DNA of 64,000 bases from assembly GCA_028534125.1 (NCBI GenBank), contig CM052817.1:8310001-8374000 (forward strand), in the 5' to 3' direction. This stretch comes from Lama glama (taxonomy: Eukaryota). The first letter of the stretch is position 1. Every line of letters starts with the position of its first letter. Positions 38,291 to 50,591 of this stretch are shown here, piece after piece. A program made the translations under genes and the position numbers. Below the pieces are notes generated by a model. The model was not told where the DNA came from. It saw only the letters and a list, made by a program, of their open reading frames with translations, and searched no databases.

Positions 38291-39134
38291 CTCCACGTGT
38301 CTCTCATATTTTGGTACCATTTGCTAACAGCTCTTGTTTTGGACCATGTTTTCAAGTGTATCTGTACAGCAAACAGTCTTGGAAGACCTATCATCTTCCT
38401 CCAGTGAGGAGGACAGAGTTGTTCCCTTGTTCTTATTTTAAAAAAAGGTAATGTCTCCCTTTGAGGCAAATTTCGGGCAGGTTTGACAGTGGCCTCATTA
38501 TAAGATCTGAGGGTTTCTTAATCTCAGGTTCCTTAAATGTCATTCAGGGCCACAGTGTACGCAGTCTCATCCCTGTGGGACCTGGGGAGAGCAAAGGTTG
38601 AATTTCTGATGAAGCTAATCTGCTGTGAGTCCAGGGTGGGGGTATTTTCCTTAGAATCTCTTCAGATAATTTAGCGGAACTTCTAGGGCTGAAAAACACA
38701 ACTGTAGGGATAATGTTGCAAAGTTTCTAGTTCATTCGCTCCCTTTCTGGCCAGAGGGGCGGGGACGCCCTTTTCCATCTAGTTCACAAGCAGCTTGTTC
38801 CCGTGGGCTGCTTTGTCCCTGGCGTCCTCGCTCCTGTCCAAGCACTACTTGGAGTTAATGGTGAACCTGTGTCTATGGCCTTAAGCAGCCCGGCCAGGAA
38901 AGAATTTACATTTTTACTACCTTTTCACCTTTTACTGAAAAAGATGTATTATGTGATCACGGGCAGATGCTTCGAAGATAATAAAAATGATCCAGGGTTT
39001 GTCATTCAAGCTCACACTGTTCTCGGGGAGTGGGAAAGAGCGTGTAGGTGGGTTGTGGGCTGTGAAGGGTTTAAGCAAGATCAACCTGTCAAGACTCCTG
39101 AATTTCTTCCTTTCCAAATACTGTTATCTCCACG

Positions 39135-39360
39135 TGGTGGCTAAGGGCGAGGGCTCTGGGGTCAAACACTGGAGTTTAAGCCCCAGCTCAGACATTTACT
39201 AACTTTATAACCTTGGAATTTTTTGCTGACTCAGTTTCCTTGTCTGTCATGTAGAGCCGTAGCCATGCAGCACACAATTTTGAGGATTGAATTGTAGGAA
39301 TTATATGATGAAAAAATCACCTGGCACAAAGTAGGTGTCTTCAAAACAAAGCTGTTATTA
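39135..39360 (+). mobile_element. MIR SINE
   Basis: 'gtggtggctaagggcgagggctctggggtcaaac...ctcagtttccttgtctgt...cctggcacaaagtaggtg'. Confidence 0.75.
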
Positions 39361-40406
39361 CTGTCACCTCTCGGATGCATTCCTCTTCACCTCGGGCCCC
39401 TGCCTCTGGTGAAGCCCGCACCATCCCTCCCCTGTACGTCTGCAGTCGCCTCTTAGCCAGGATCCTTGCCTCCATCTGCCTCAAATCTATCTGGTACATG
39501 GCCTGCCCTGCCGTCTTCTGGGCACACTGCTTTTATCAGGCCGTTCAACTACTCAGTTACTTTAACAGTGCCCTTTGTTGCATCAGCCCCAGCTCATCTG
39601 CCCTCTTTCCCAGTCCCCTGAGATTCCACCCAGACCTTGGTTGGCTAAGGACACTCAGCCCCGTTCTCTCCCACCCACGCCACCTTCACCGCCTCCCCAT
39701 TGAACCATTTCCCTCTTTCCCCCAACCATGTGCTTTAAACTTTCGTCTCCCCGCCTTTGCTGGCGCTGCCCCTTGAACACAGGCTCCTTGCCTTCTATGT
39801 GGTTATGTAAATCCAAACTCTGCAAAGCTGGCGTTGTCAGCTCCAGTTAACTTCATCCTTTGACTTCAGCCGACACCACTGACTTTTCTCTGAACTGCGT
39901 GCTTGGTGAGGGTGCTCATCTGTGAACCAAGCAGCCCCCGCCCCAGTCTCAGCGGTGCAGCCCTCAGCAGTTCTTGTCTCACTGCTGTCACAGCCCCATG
40001 GAGACCTCTCTGTCTATGCGTGCGGGGTCCCTGTGCCCCAGCATTTACTGAGGGCTCAGCCTCTTTCTTAGAGTGGGCCCACCATTTCCCAGAGCCTTTG
40101 TGTCCTCTGCTGCATTCTCTGCACTGATCATAGGTGAATGGACACAGAAGATGGGGCCAGGCATGAATGAAGCATACATCACATCCGCCCACATTTTTTT
40201 GTCTGAACTTGGTGTCCTAGACCTTCCTAATTTGTAATGGGGGCCAGGAAACACTGCCTACCTTTGTAAGCAGGTGGTACAGGAAATGGAAAATGGCCAC
40301 CACGCAACGTGCCCTCTGCTGCACTCACTGCAGCGTGGTTTAACGGTTGGTGTTTCCAGTTGCTTTGCAAATAGACCTCTGTTCCCCTAGGTTGCATTTG
40401 GGAAGA

Positions 40407-40759
40407 CGCTGTGGTCTGACTGTGGCCCATCCTCTCCCATATTTATATGTTGGAATCCTGATTCCCAATGTGATAGGATTAGGGGGTGGGGTCTTGGCGA
40501 GGTGATTAGAACATGAGGGTGGAGCCGTCATGAATGGGGTTAGTGCTTTTTCAGAAGAGACCCCAAAGAGCTTCCTTGCCCCTTCCACCATGTGCAGACA
40601 CCACGAGAGGATGGCAGTCTGCAGCCTGGATGACGGCTTTCAGTAGACAGTGGTGAAGCTGGACGTCTCAGCCTCCAGAACTGTGAGAAATAAATTTCTG
40701 TTGCTTATAAATCATCCGATGTGTGGTATGTTGTTATAGCAGCCTGACAGACAAAGACA
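40407..40759 (+). mobile_element. MLT1A-type MaLR solo LTR
   Basis: 'atatgttggaatcctgattcccaatgtga...cagcctccagaactgtgagaaataaatttctgttg...gttatagcagcctga'. Confidence 0.9.
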
Positions 40760-41100
40760 GATGCTTTCTTAAAACACAAAATGTGCTGATATTTTCCTCC
40801 AGGACAATGCTGGCAAGAGGTGAGATATGATCAGTTTTTCCTTGTCTTGGATTCTTCAGTGCCCCTGGTTGGCTTCTCTGAGGACATAGAGGTGCCATCT
40901 GGCCACAAGAAGGACATCTGACACAAGAGAGGGTGTTGAGAGGGAAGTAAGGAGGTGGGTAGAATGAATAAAGAATTTTGCATTTTATCAAGATACAGGT
41001 GTTGGAATCTTTTCAAAATACTTCCCCCACCCCAAACATCACATACCCTTTCTGGATGCATCTTTCTATTCTGGCAGGTTGGAGAACACGTGGTGGGGGG

Positions 41101-41541
41101 TGTCGTGGGTCAAATTATGCCCCCCTTCCTCTAATACCTGTGAACGTGACCTTATTTGGAATTAGGATCTTTGGAGATGTAACTGAGCTAAGACGAGGTC
41201 ACACTGAAGTAGCGTGGCTGTGTATAACCCAGTGACTGGTGTCCTTAGAAGAAGAGAGAAATTTGGGTGCCGACATGCAGAGAGGAGAATACAATGTGAA
41301 GACAGAGACACAGACACAGAGGAAAGACCGACATGAAGATGGGGGCAGAGACTGGCGTGAGGCAGCCATAAGCCCAGGAACACCAAGGTTCACCAGCAAC
41401 ACCAGAAGGTGGAAGAAGCAAGAAGGTTTCTTCCCAGAGACTTCAGAGGAAGCGTGTCCCTGCCTCCAGATCTGAGGGAATACATTTCTGTTGTTTAAAG
41501 GCCTTGTGACACTTTGTTATGGAAGCGCCAGGAAACACACA
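41101..41541 (+). mobile_element. MLT1C-type MaLR solo LTR
   Basis: 'acctgtgaacgtgaccttatttggaattaggatctttggagatgtaa...cccagtgactggtgtcctta...ctttgttatggaagcgccaggaaac'. Confidence 0.9.
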
Positions 41542-41984
41542 GAAATGCTCTGTCCATTTCACTATGCTCATCCCCCGAGCCTTGCTCAGTGCCTGGCTCA
41601 TGGTCCTCTAGAGACGTCGACTGAACAGCAAAGAGACATTCCTTAGGGGCGGGGATTTCTCTTTCTTGCTCTCGGATCCCACTGGCAAAGCACAGGGGAG
41701 CACTTGGTTCAGAGAACTGGTTCAGAGAGCTGGCTCAGTCGTGAGGCGTTCCCCTTGACGGCTGATGGAGGGGGGCTGGGGGTTGAGAGTGACGGGCTCC
41801 CCCTTATGCAGGAGTGCCAGACAGTTAGCTTCCTCCCTCAGGGTGCCCACGGACCTGAGACCGGCTCTTCCGGGATGCTTAGAGAGAGTGTGGGGTTGTG
41901 TTAATCATGTCTTTTTACTCTGTATTTTTTTCCAACTTTATTGAGAAGTAATTGATAAGTGTAATTATATGTATATTTTTTTCT

Positions 41985-42125
41985 ATATTTTTGATGTTTT
42001 GACATCCTGACCCTTGAGGGACTGCCCCTCCCAGTCTTAATTCTCTTAAATCTTTAACTCCTGGAGATAACTGGCCTATGAGTGCGCCTTTCATATGCAA
42101 ACAAGCCAATCCACAGCCCACCATG
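41985..42125 (+). mobile_element. MER74-like ERVL LTR 5' fragment, preceded by a ~60-bp antisense L1 3' end
   Basis: 'tttttgatgttttgacatc...gagggactgcccctccca...gcgcctttcatatgcaaacaagccaatcca'. Confidence 0.6.
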
Positions 42126-42259
42126 TGTGGGTTCTGGGACCTTTCCTGTAGCCCAGAGGTGATCCTGGAAGCTGCAGCATGTATTTTCCATATTCCAGGA
42201 AGCCTGCTGGATACCTTACAGGTAGGCTAAATTGAAGAACACAGGCTAGGGAAAATGAT

Positions 42260-42855
42260 ACTTTTCTTGTCATGTCATTCTTTGGTTTAAAATCCTCTAA
42301 GGCTTTCCATTCCTTGGAGTGAAGGTGGTGTCTTTCCAATGTAGAGCACAGCTCTCTGCCATCGCTTCCTCAGCCATCTCTCTGGGTCAGCTGTCACTCT
42401 CTCCTTGGAGTCTGTCCAGCTGCACTGGGCCTGGCTGTGCCCTTGGCACTAGGCGTGTTTTGGTGCTCCTGGCTTTGCTTAGAATACTCACCCCTCTACT
42501 ACACATACTTTCTCCATGAATTCTGCGCTGACCAGCCCATTTTAAATTACAGCCTAACTGCCCCCACCCACATTCATTGAGCCACTCCAGTATATCTCCA
42601 TGGATCTCTCTCTTGCCTTGCTTTCCTTTTCCTTTTTCTAATAGCACTTAATGACCTTACAATACACAATGTAATTTACTTATTTTTTTCTTGTATATTT
42701 ATTTTGATTTTACTTTCCTACTAGAATTTTTGTTCCTCGAGGACCTGGAAGTTTTTTCTTAAACACTTTGTTCACTATCTTATTCCAAGTATCCTAAACA
42801 ACACCTGGCACAAAGCAGGCGCTCACTCCATACATGATCGGGTTGAATGAATGCA
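42260..42855 (+). mobile_element. L2 3' end
   Basis: 'tttgttcact...cctaaacaacacctggcacaaagcaggcgctca...gttgaatgaatg' tail. Confidence 0.8.
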
Positions 42856-44749
42856 TACATTTTGACTGGGATTCTATCGATCAATTTCAAGTCGATCTCT
42901 TGAAAGAAACTCTTATTGGACATTTTAAATACAAAACAGGGAAACAAACTAATTATTACATAATGAATATAGCTTGTTTAATAGACACAATCTTCCAAAT
43001 AGATCATAGGTGAATATTAGTGAAATCATAGATTCTTGGTGGTGAGTTTTGTAACTAAAGGCTTCTTCTGCAAGCAGCATTGAGACCTAAAATTTCACGC
43101 AAATGTGTGAGACACGTCCCGGGGAGTCAGAAGTGGTGCTTTTTTAGTGGAGATCATCATCCTGACCTCCCATCATACTGAAGCCCCAGCATTGAACTCA
43201 GTGTCTTTGCAGTTTAATAAGTAAATTTCTATGGATTTGTTTTGAATCAAGCATAAGATAAAAATATTGTCTCAAAATTTTTAAAAATCAGAACTGAGGA
43301 CTTAAAGGGAAAGTTTGTAATTTTGTTATTAGGTAAGAGAAGCCAAGGAGACACAGCATTTATGCCCTGATTATCTCTCCCCACCAACTTGCTGTTTATC
43401 TCCGTGGGGAAACTGGAGGCAATGATTGGAGAATTAAGCCTCCCTTACCCACTCATGCAGTGCGTACGATCATGTGCCGTTTGGTGTTTATTTTCCAGTT
43501 TGATTTACTTTCCTTTCATCCCTTGGGACCCCAACTGCTGAGCGGCCTCCAGGTTTGGCTGAAAGAAGCCCCCATTTTCACTCTCCTCTAGGCCTCACTC
43601 ACCTTTGGGCAGGTAAAGAAAAACACCTTAAATGAAGAGCCTTTAATGAAATATAATCCTCATCCACCTTGGACAGCAATGGATGGGGACGCTCCCCGTG
43701 GTAGGGGAGAGGTTTTTTCTCAGCCCAGAGACACACCCACTCCTCAGGACTCTTGCTATTGCCCCTGGCTGCCAACAAAGCTGTACTCAGAGACTGCAGA
43801 TCTTACTTTCACTTGTGTCCAAAGTGGACCTAAATCTAGTCTTTCAATTTCCACGGTACAAGGGAGGCAGGCAAGGGTGGTTAGCAGGGCTCTGAGATCA
43901 CAGAAGAGAACTCACCGCAAAGAGCAGGGTACCACTTGATATTTTGGTTTATAAGACACATGCTACCTAACAGCAGTCTTGGGCTCCTCACAGGCTGTCT
44001 CCCAGCTTTGCCTCCATCCATACAGTTTTTGAGGCAAGTGCCAATTTCTCCTGCCTTCCTTAAATATGGTTAGATACATCAAAATCTTAACTAAAGAGAG
44101 TGAGCTCAGACGGAGGTGAACATTCTTTTTCCTTGCCCATCTACACCTTACCTTACAAGGCTTGCTTATCTGTCTGTCTCTTCCTTGATGTCTAAAACTG
44201 GGGAAGATCGGGCACTTCAACGATGACGATGTGAAGTTACTATCTAGCCCCAACGAGCAAGCTCTCCTGGACACAGCATGACAAGCCCAGCCTTTATACA
44301 CAGGATACCTTTCTGTGCCTCAATTTCTCCTAAGCAAAATGTAAAAAACTTAGGCAAGTACCAAGCATATAGTTAATGCTATTTAAATTCTAACTATTAT
44401 TGTAGCTTTAAGATCAAATAACCCAAATATGCTAGGTCTTTAAATGGTCCAGTCTTTGTGGGCAGTTGCATTCAAAGTAGCAGGGACTGATAACCTAAAA
44501 CTGCTTTAAGGTCATTCAGTTCTTTAATCCTGATCTTTAAAAGCATTCAGAATTAGGAAGCAGGTTAGCACTACAACGATGCGGCCTGTGGTTTCCAAAC
44601 ACATTCTGGGACTCCCTACTGGGTATTGTGTATTCAGAAAGCAAGTCCCAGAGCCAAGCTGTAGATGTGTGGCACTGGTAAAGAAAATAGAAGGCAGGTA
44701 CGGAGACAGTGTAAACCATGTATCTTGGAGTAAAGTAAAAAAGTAGTAA

Positions 44750-45000
44750 CAGCCAATGTTTATTCAAAGATTACTAAGTGCTAGATACAATGCTTAGATC
44801 CTTACATGCACTATCTCATTTAACACTCACATCACAGAGAGGTAGGTGCTATTAATATCCCTGTACTAGTAACGAGCCTGTTTTACAAATAAGAAAGGTG
44901 AAGCTCAGAGAGGTTAACTTACCAAGCTGAGGTCACACAGCTTTCAAGTGACAGGGCGGGAAACTCACACTGACAATACATGTCTTGATTCAAGAATCCA
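44750..45000 (-). mobile_element. MIR SINE
   Basis: 'ttttacaaataagaaaggtgaagctcagagaggttaactt...aggtcacacagct'. Confidence 0.85.
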
Positions 45001-45269
45001 ATCATCCAATTAAGAGTCAGGTCATTACAGTATCAACTAGATACCAAACTCAAAGGGCTGGAGCTGACATAGGATCAGAGATGGCAAGTACTGGTTCATG
45101 TAGATCAAGGTGCAGAACGATTCTTGAAGATGCCGAGTAAACTCTGTGTTCACTTCTTTCATACACATTTTGACAGGCTCTTCTGATACTAATGTTGATC
45201 CTTAAAGCAGCAAAATTCTCTCCATGAAATGACTGGGAGAATATCTTGTAAGTCATGGTGTTTATCCTG

Positions 45270-45550
45270 TTTCATTCATTTGCTCTACAAACCTTTATCT
45301 ACATACTAGGACTGAAGTGTGTATTGTAATTACAGATAGAAACAGAGTCTCTATCACCATGAATCTCTCAGTCCAGTGTAGGAGACCAACATTTACAAAA
45401 TGTAGCTCTTTATGAGAAGGGAAACTTGGTCGGCTCAAATGAGTGAAGGAAGTTTTCTTGGAGGAGGTGACCCTTGAGATGATTCTTGAAAAAGGAGCAA
45501 GAATTTTTCAAGTGCATAAGGGGCAGAGAAGAAAGAATACTAGGCATAGA
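45270..45550 (-). mobile_element. L2 fragment
   Basis: 'tcattcattt...gaatctctcagtccagtgtaggagac...ggaagttttcttggaggaggtgacccttgagatg'. Confidence 0.65.
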
Positions 45551-46436
45551 AAATTGCACTTCGTATTATTCTTTTCCCAAACCCACATTGTTATATCCCA
45601 TCATCTCAAAACACTTGGATATTTGCTAAATATGCTTTTTGCCAGAGGCAGTGATGATTTGCAAAGGACAGAACTGATTGATTGGATCTCAAGTTCTCAA
45701 CAATCAGGAAAAGTGTGGAATCAAGAACATTTTCCTTAGACTTCTAAAACACATGCTAACTATGTGCTCCCCCTTCCTGGCTCCAGCTTCTGCACAGAGG
45801 TGGCCTGACTCTTATATTTCCTTGCCTTGCCTTTGCCTTGGGACTCTAAGACTCAGTAGTTGCTTCTCGGACATAATCTTCCTTGGAGCTGCTGCTCCTT
45901 TCCATTCCAGCTGATGCCCTTCTTGACTCTGGCAGGTGTCCAAGCCTCATTCTCTGTGCACGGGGAGGTCGAGCATTGCTGTGTAAATTATGCACCAGCC
46001 CCACGATGTTTGTGGAGCCTGTGGACCCATTTCGTCTGTGTGGAGGTAAATGATTTAGTGAAGGTAGTGTAAATGATTCAGAGGTGATGGTGTGAAGCCT
46101 GGCTTTGAAACAGCCTATCCTGGGAAATGTGATCGACTCTGGCATGTGGTGAACCCAGCTCCCAGGCAGAGCTGGGCACATTTTACCTGTTCCCTGGGTC
46201 CTGTGGATTCCATGCCCTGGCTCATCTTCAGTGTCCCACATTCATAATTATTACAGTTGAAGATCTATCACCTTGTTTGTTGCTCACCTCACCTCTGTAA
46301 GGGGGAGGTTTAAAATAATGTGGTCTAGTGAAACAAGCTGGCTGTGGACCAGTTCGGGTGTGAGCTTGGCTTTTTAAACTTTCCTGAAGTGCAATCCTGC
46401 CTGGCCACCAGCACCAGTCATTTAAGAGACAGACTC

Positions 46437-46970
46437 TATGAGTAATATTCCATTGTGTGTGTGTGTTTGTGTGTGTGTGTGTTTGTGTGTGTGTGTATAC
46501 ACCAACTCTTCTTTACCCATTCATCTGTTGATGGACGTTGGGTTACTTCCAGGCCTTGGCTATTATAAAAAGTCCTGCTGTGAACACTGGGGTGTGCGTA
46601 TCTTTTTGAGTCATAGTTTTATTGGGATATATACCTGAAGTCAGGATTGCTGAATCTTATGGTAAGTCTATTTTTAGTTTTTTAAGGAGCCTCCATACTT
46701 TTCTCCATAGTGGCTACAACAATTTGCATTCCCACCAATAATGTAGGAGGGTTCCTTTTCCTCCACACCCTCTCCAGCATTTATTATTTGTAGACTTTTT
46801 GATGATGGCCATTCTGACTCGTGTGAGGTGATACCTCATTGAAGTTTTGATTTGCATTTCTCTGACAGTTAGTGATGTTGAGCATCTTTTCATATGCTTA
46901 TTGGTCATAATGTATTTTTTCTTTGAAGAAATGTCTATTTAGGTCTTCTGCTCATTTTTTTGGATTGGGC
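46437..46970 (-). mobile_element. L1 ORF2 C-terminal fragment containing a (TG)n repeat (46455-46496)
   Basis: ORF 46714..46908(-) reads [27 protein letters not shown]...[21 protein letters not shown]. Confidence 0.92.
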
Positions 46971-47105
46971 TTTTTTTTGTTTTTAATGAGTTATAGTCAT
47001 TTTACAATGTTGTGTCAAATTCCAGTGTAGAGCACAATTTTTCAGTTATACATGAACATACATATATTCATTGTCACTTTTTTTTTGCTGTGAGCTACCA
47101 CAAGA
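46971..47105 (-). mobile_element. Terminal ~130 bp of the young L1 family
   Basis: Near-identical to 3355-3473, 20918-21037 and 34722-34843: 'ttacaatgttgtgtcaaattccagtgtagagcacaatttttcagttatacatgaac...tgagctaccacaagat'. Confidence 0.9.
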
Positions 47106-48327
47106 TGGACATTTCTAAATAAAAGCACCCCTTCAAGACTGAGAGTGATAGCTGATATACCTAATACACAGAAACAAACACAGAGGATTAGGCAAAATGA
47201 GGACACAGAGGAATATGTTTCAATCAAAAGAACAAGGCAAAATCTCAGAAAAAGAACTAAACAAAATGAACATAAGCAATCTGTCCTTAAAGAGTTATAG
47301 TAATCGTCATAAAAATGCACACTGAACTCAGAAGAAGAATGGATGAAGAAAGTGAAAACTTCAACAAAGGAGTAGAAAATATAAGGAAATATGAATATAA
47401 GTTGTAACTGAACCGAAAAATACACTAGAGTGGTTCAGCACCAGACTAGAGGGGGAAGAAAAATGAAACAGTGAGCTGGAAGGCAAAACAATGAAATCCA
47501 TCCAGATAGAGCAGAAAATGAAAAAGGAATTTTAAAAAGTGTAGATACCATAAGGGACCTTTGGTACAATATCAAGCAGGTAGTATTTTCATTACAGTGG
47601 TCTCAGAAAGAGAAGAGATAGTCAGAAAAATGATTTGAAGAAATAGGGGCTGAAATTTCCCCTAAGCTGGGAAGGAAACAGAAATCCAGGTCTAGGAAGC
47701 CCAGAGAGTTCTAAATAAGATGAAACAAAATAGACACTCAACAAGAACGTTCTAATTAAAGTGGTAAAGCTAAGAATAAGGAGAGACTCCTAAAAACTGC
47801 AAGAGAAAAACAAATTGTTATGTACAAGAGAAGCCCCATAAGGCTATCAACATATTTTTCAGCAGAAACTTTACAATGCAGAAGAAGTAGCACTACATAC
47901 ATAATCAACTGTTGAAATGAAAAAAAAAAAAACCCCAAAAAACCCAACCAAGAAATATCTACCCAGCAAAGATACCATTCAGAATGAAAGGAGAGATAAA
48001 GAGATTTCTAGATAAGCAAAACCAGAGATCATCACCATTAAATTGGCCCTACAAAAAATATTAAAGGAAATTTCCTTAAGCTGAAAAGAAACAACACTAA
48101 TTTATAAGAAAACATGAAAGTAAAAATCTTCCTGAATTAGGAAAATACATAATGAAGATAGTGGATCAATGACTTACAAAGCAAGTATGAAGGTTGAAAG
48201 ACACAAGTAGTAAAAATAACTAAAGTTAAAATAATTCATTAAGGGATGCATAAAATAAAAATACGTACAGTGGGTCATCAAAATAAAATATGTTGGGGAG
48301 TAAAAACATAAGGCTTTGTAAAAAAAA
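47106..48327 (+). mobile_element. Decayed L1 5' part: end of 5'UTR, ORF1 and inter-ORF region, ending in an A-tract
   Basis: ATG 47197 gives MRTQRNMFQSKEQGKISEKELNKMNISNLS; PIRLSTYFSAETLQCRR at ~47835 is the ORF1 IRLxADFSAETL motif; frameshifted. Confidence 0.88.
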
Positions 48328-48399
48328 CACAAACTTTTCTGGACCTCTGTTTTCTTTTATAAATTAGGGGTAATAGGGGTAATGAAAACAATTTTGAAT

Positions 48400-49600
48400 G
48401 GTTAATATCTCCACTTGAATATTTAATGGACGGCACCTAGAGAGACTCCTTAATGTCCTACCCTGCCCCACCCACTGGAGTGGTGATCCCCATCTTTGGA
48501 AATGAGAGCACCTTTTCTCAGCTACTCAAGACGAAATCCTGGAAGTCATATTTGATTCCTGCCTCTCCTGCAGTCCGTCTAGCAAATCTATTTACTAGTC
48601 CTTTCTGTTCTACCTGCAAAATGAATACTCCCTCTGATCAGCCTCACCAGGAACTCGGCTGTGCCCCAGCTGAAGTCTCCATGCTCAGCCGCATGATTGA
48701 CAAGCCTCCTCACTCTTCCCCCTGCTGCTGCCTTTAGCCCCTCAGCTCTCTATCATCCCCACCCAGCAGTCAGGAAGACTTTTTAAAACTAAAAAAAAGG
48801 CAATCCTGCCATTTGTGACCACATGGGTGAACCTGGAGGACACTGAGCTGCCTGAGAGAAGTCAGTCACCGAAGGACAAACACTGCATGACTCTACTTAC
48901 ATGAGGGATTCAAAATAGCGAATTCACAGAAGTGAAGAATAGAAAGGTGGTTGCCAGGGGCTGGGGAAGGGGAGAAGTGGGGCTTTGCCAATTAACAGGT
49001 GTAAAATGTCAGTTGTGAAGGATGAATCAGTGTTGGAGATCTGCCAGGCCACACTGGGCCTTTAGATACAAATACTGCACTGTGCACCTAAACATCTACT
49101 AAGAGGGAAAATTGTACATTAAATGTTCTTATAACTAAAAAAAAAAAAACTAAATAAAATAACTAAGTTGGATCTCATCAGTTCCTTGCTAATGACCCTC
49201 TAATCGTTGCCTCTTAAAATAAGATCCTTTCTACTACCTTGGACTCTACGTGACCTGGCTGAGGTCCACCTTTCCTGCTCAACACTGACCAGGCTTGCCT
49301 TGGGATTCCAGGACATTCCAGCCACGTTCCCACCTGACGGCTTTTGCTTTTGCTCCTGTTGGCTTTTCTGCCTGGACTTGGCCTCCCCCGGCTTGGCTGG
49401 CCCCATGTCAACGTCCAGACAGCCGGTGACTCCCTGACCACCTCGAAGAGCAGCATCTCCTGTCGCACCACAGCTGCTGTGTTTTCATCATGTTGCTCAC
49501 ACCTGCCTTCAGTGATGGCACCGAGCTGCCTGCTGGTTTCCTTGCCATCCCCTCCACTAGGTCTCTTTGAAGACCTAATCTTTCAGTCTGACTCACCGTG
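48400..49600 (+). mobile_element. L2 LINE interrupted by an L1MA-type 3' end
   Basis: 'atatctccacttgaatatttaatggacggcacct', 'gaaatcctggaagtcatatttgattcct', resuming after 49160. Confidence 0.7.
48793..49149 (+). mobile_element. L1MA-type 3'UTR fragment with A-tail
   Basis: 'ggcaatcctgccatttgtgaccacatgggtgaacctggaggac...tagaaaggtggttgccaggggctgggg'; candidate TSD aaaactaa. Confidence 0.88.
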
Positions 49601-49611
49601 GTAGCCCAAGG

Positions 49612-49761
49612 GAGGGCTGTCAGATAAAATTGAGGACAATTTGAATCTAAGTTTAAATTTCAGATAAACAACAAATACCTTTTTACTATAAAAATAATTG
49701 CACAGGGCATACTTACACTGGAAAAATTTTGTGTTGTCTTTATTTTTGCTCGGTAGCCCTA
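49612..49761 (+). mobile_element. MER53-like hAT MITE
   Basis: TIRs agggctgtcag / cggtagccct; internal 'aaatttcagataaacaac'; 8-bp TSD gcccaagg/gcctcagg. Confidence 0.8.
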
Positions 49762-50074
49762 GCCTCAGGGCTCGTCCCAGGACTGGCACCTCTGAGAATA
49801 CTTAATAAGTTTTTGGTGAAAGAAAGAAGGAAAGAAAGAAAGAAGAAATGAAAAATGGTCATAAAACAAAGCCTGCAGACTGAATTCCTGGTGTCTTTGC
49901 CATCGTGTTCTTAGCATCTCACAATGCTTCCCCATGACAGGTGCTGAGTAAAGGTGTGCTGAGTGAATAAAAGAGCGCGGGATCCAGTGTGTTTTTCCCT
50001 CCATATCACGTTGTTGATCTCATTTTGCAGTTGGAGAAAGAGGGATAGCAAGTAAGAGCCTTTTCCAAGGTCAA

Positions 50075-50591
50075 ATAGCTGGGATAACTTCAGCTGAACA
50101 CAGCAGAAAGTGCATCCTGGAAGGTGGCTTGAGTTAATGGAGGGTTATTTGCTTCTCCCATAAAAGAAGCCGATGTAGAAACAGTCTAGGCCTGGTGTGA
50201 TGGCTTTGAGACCAGGCTTCAGTCTTTCTCCTCCACAATTCTCTAGAGCCCACTCCACCTTCAAATTTACTGCATAGTCCCACGATGCTGCTAGAAAAGC
50301 CAGTGGGTGGACAGCCAGTCATCACATTCACATTCCAGGAAAGAAGCTGGCATACACAGATGAGGACAAAAGATCGCTCACACTCATCCCTTAAAGAAAC
50401 TTTCCTGAAAATTTCTCATGACACAACCTCTTGCATCTCATTGGTCAGAACTTTGTTTCATGACCACTCTCAGCTGCAAAGGAACTGGAAATGTTGTCTT
50501 GATTCCAGGTGGTCATATGTGCTTTTTTAAAAATGGGGGTTGGATCCTAAGAGGAGAAAGATACTAGGCAGAAAAGAACAACCCCTGCCAC
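50075..50591 (-). mobile_element. MLT1J-type LTR
   Basis: 'catctcattggtcagaact...catgaccactctcagctgcaaaggaactggaaatgt...cctgccaca'. Confidence 0.75.

Noticed and set aside
38745..38770. GC box/CTCF-like 'ccagaggggcgggg' as a promoter
   Set aside because: Single motif, no CpG island, imperfect CTCF spacing.
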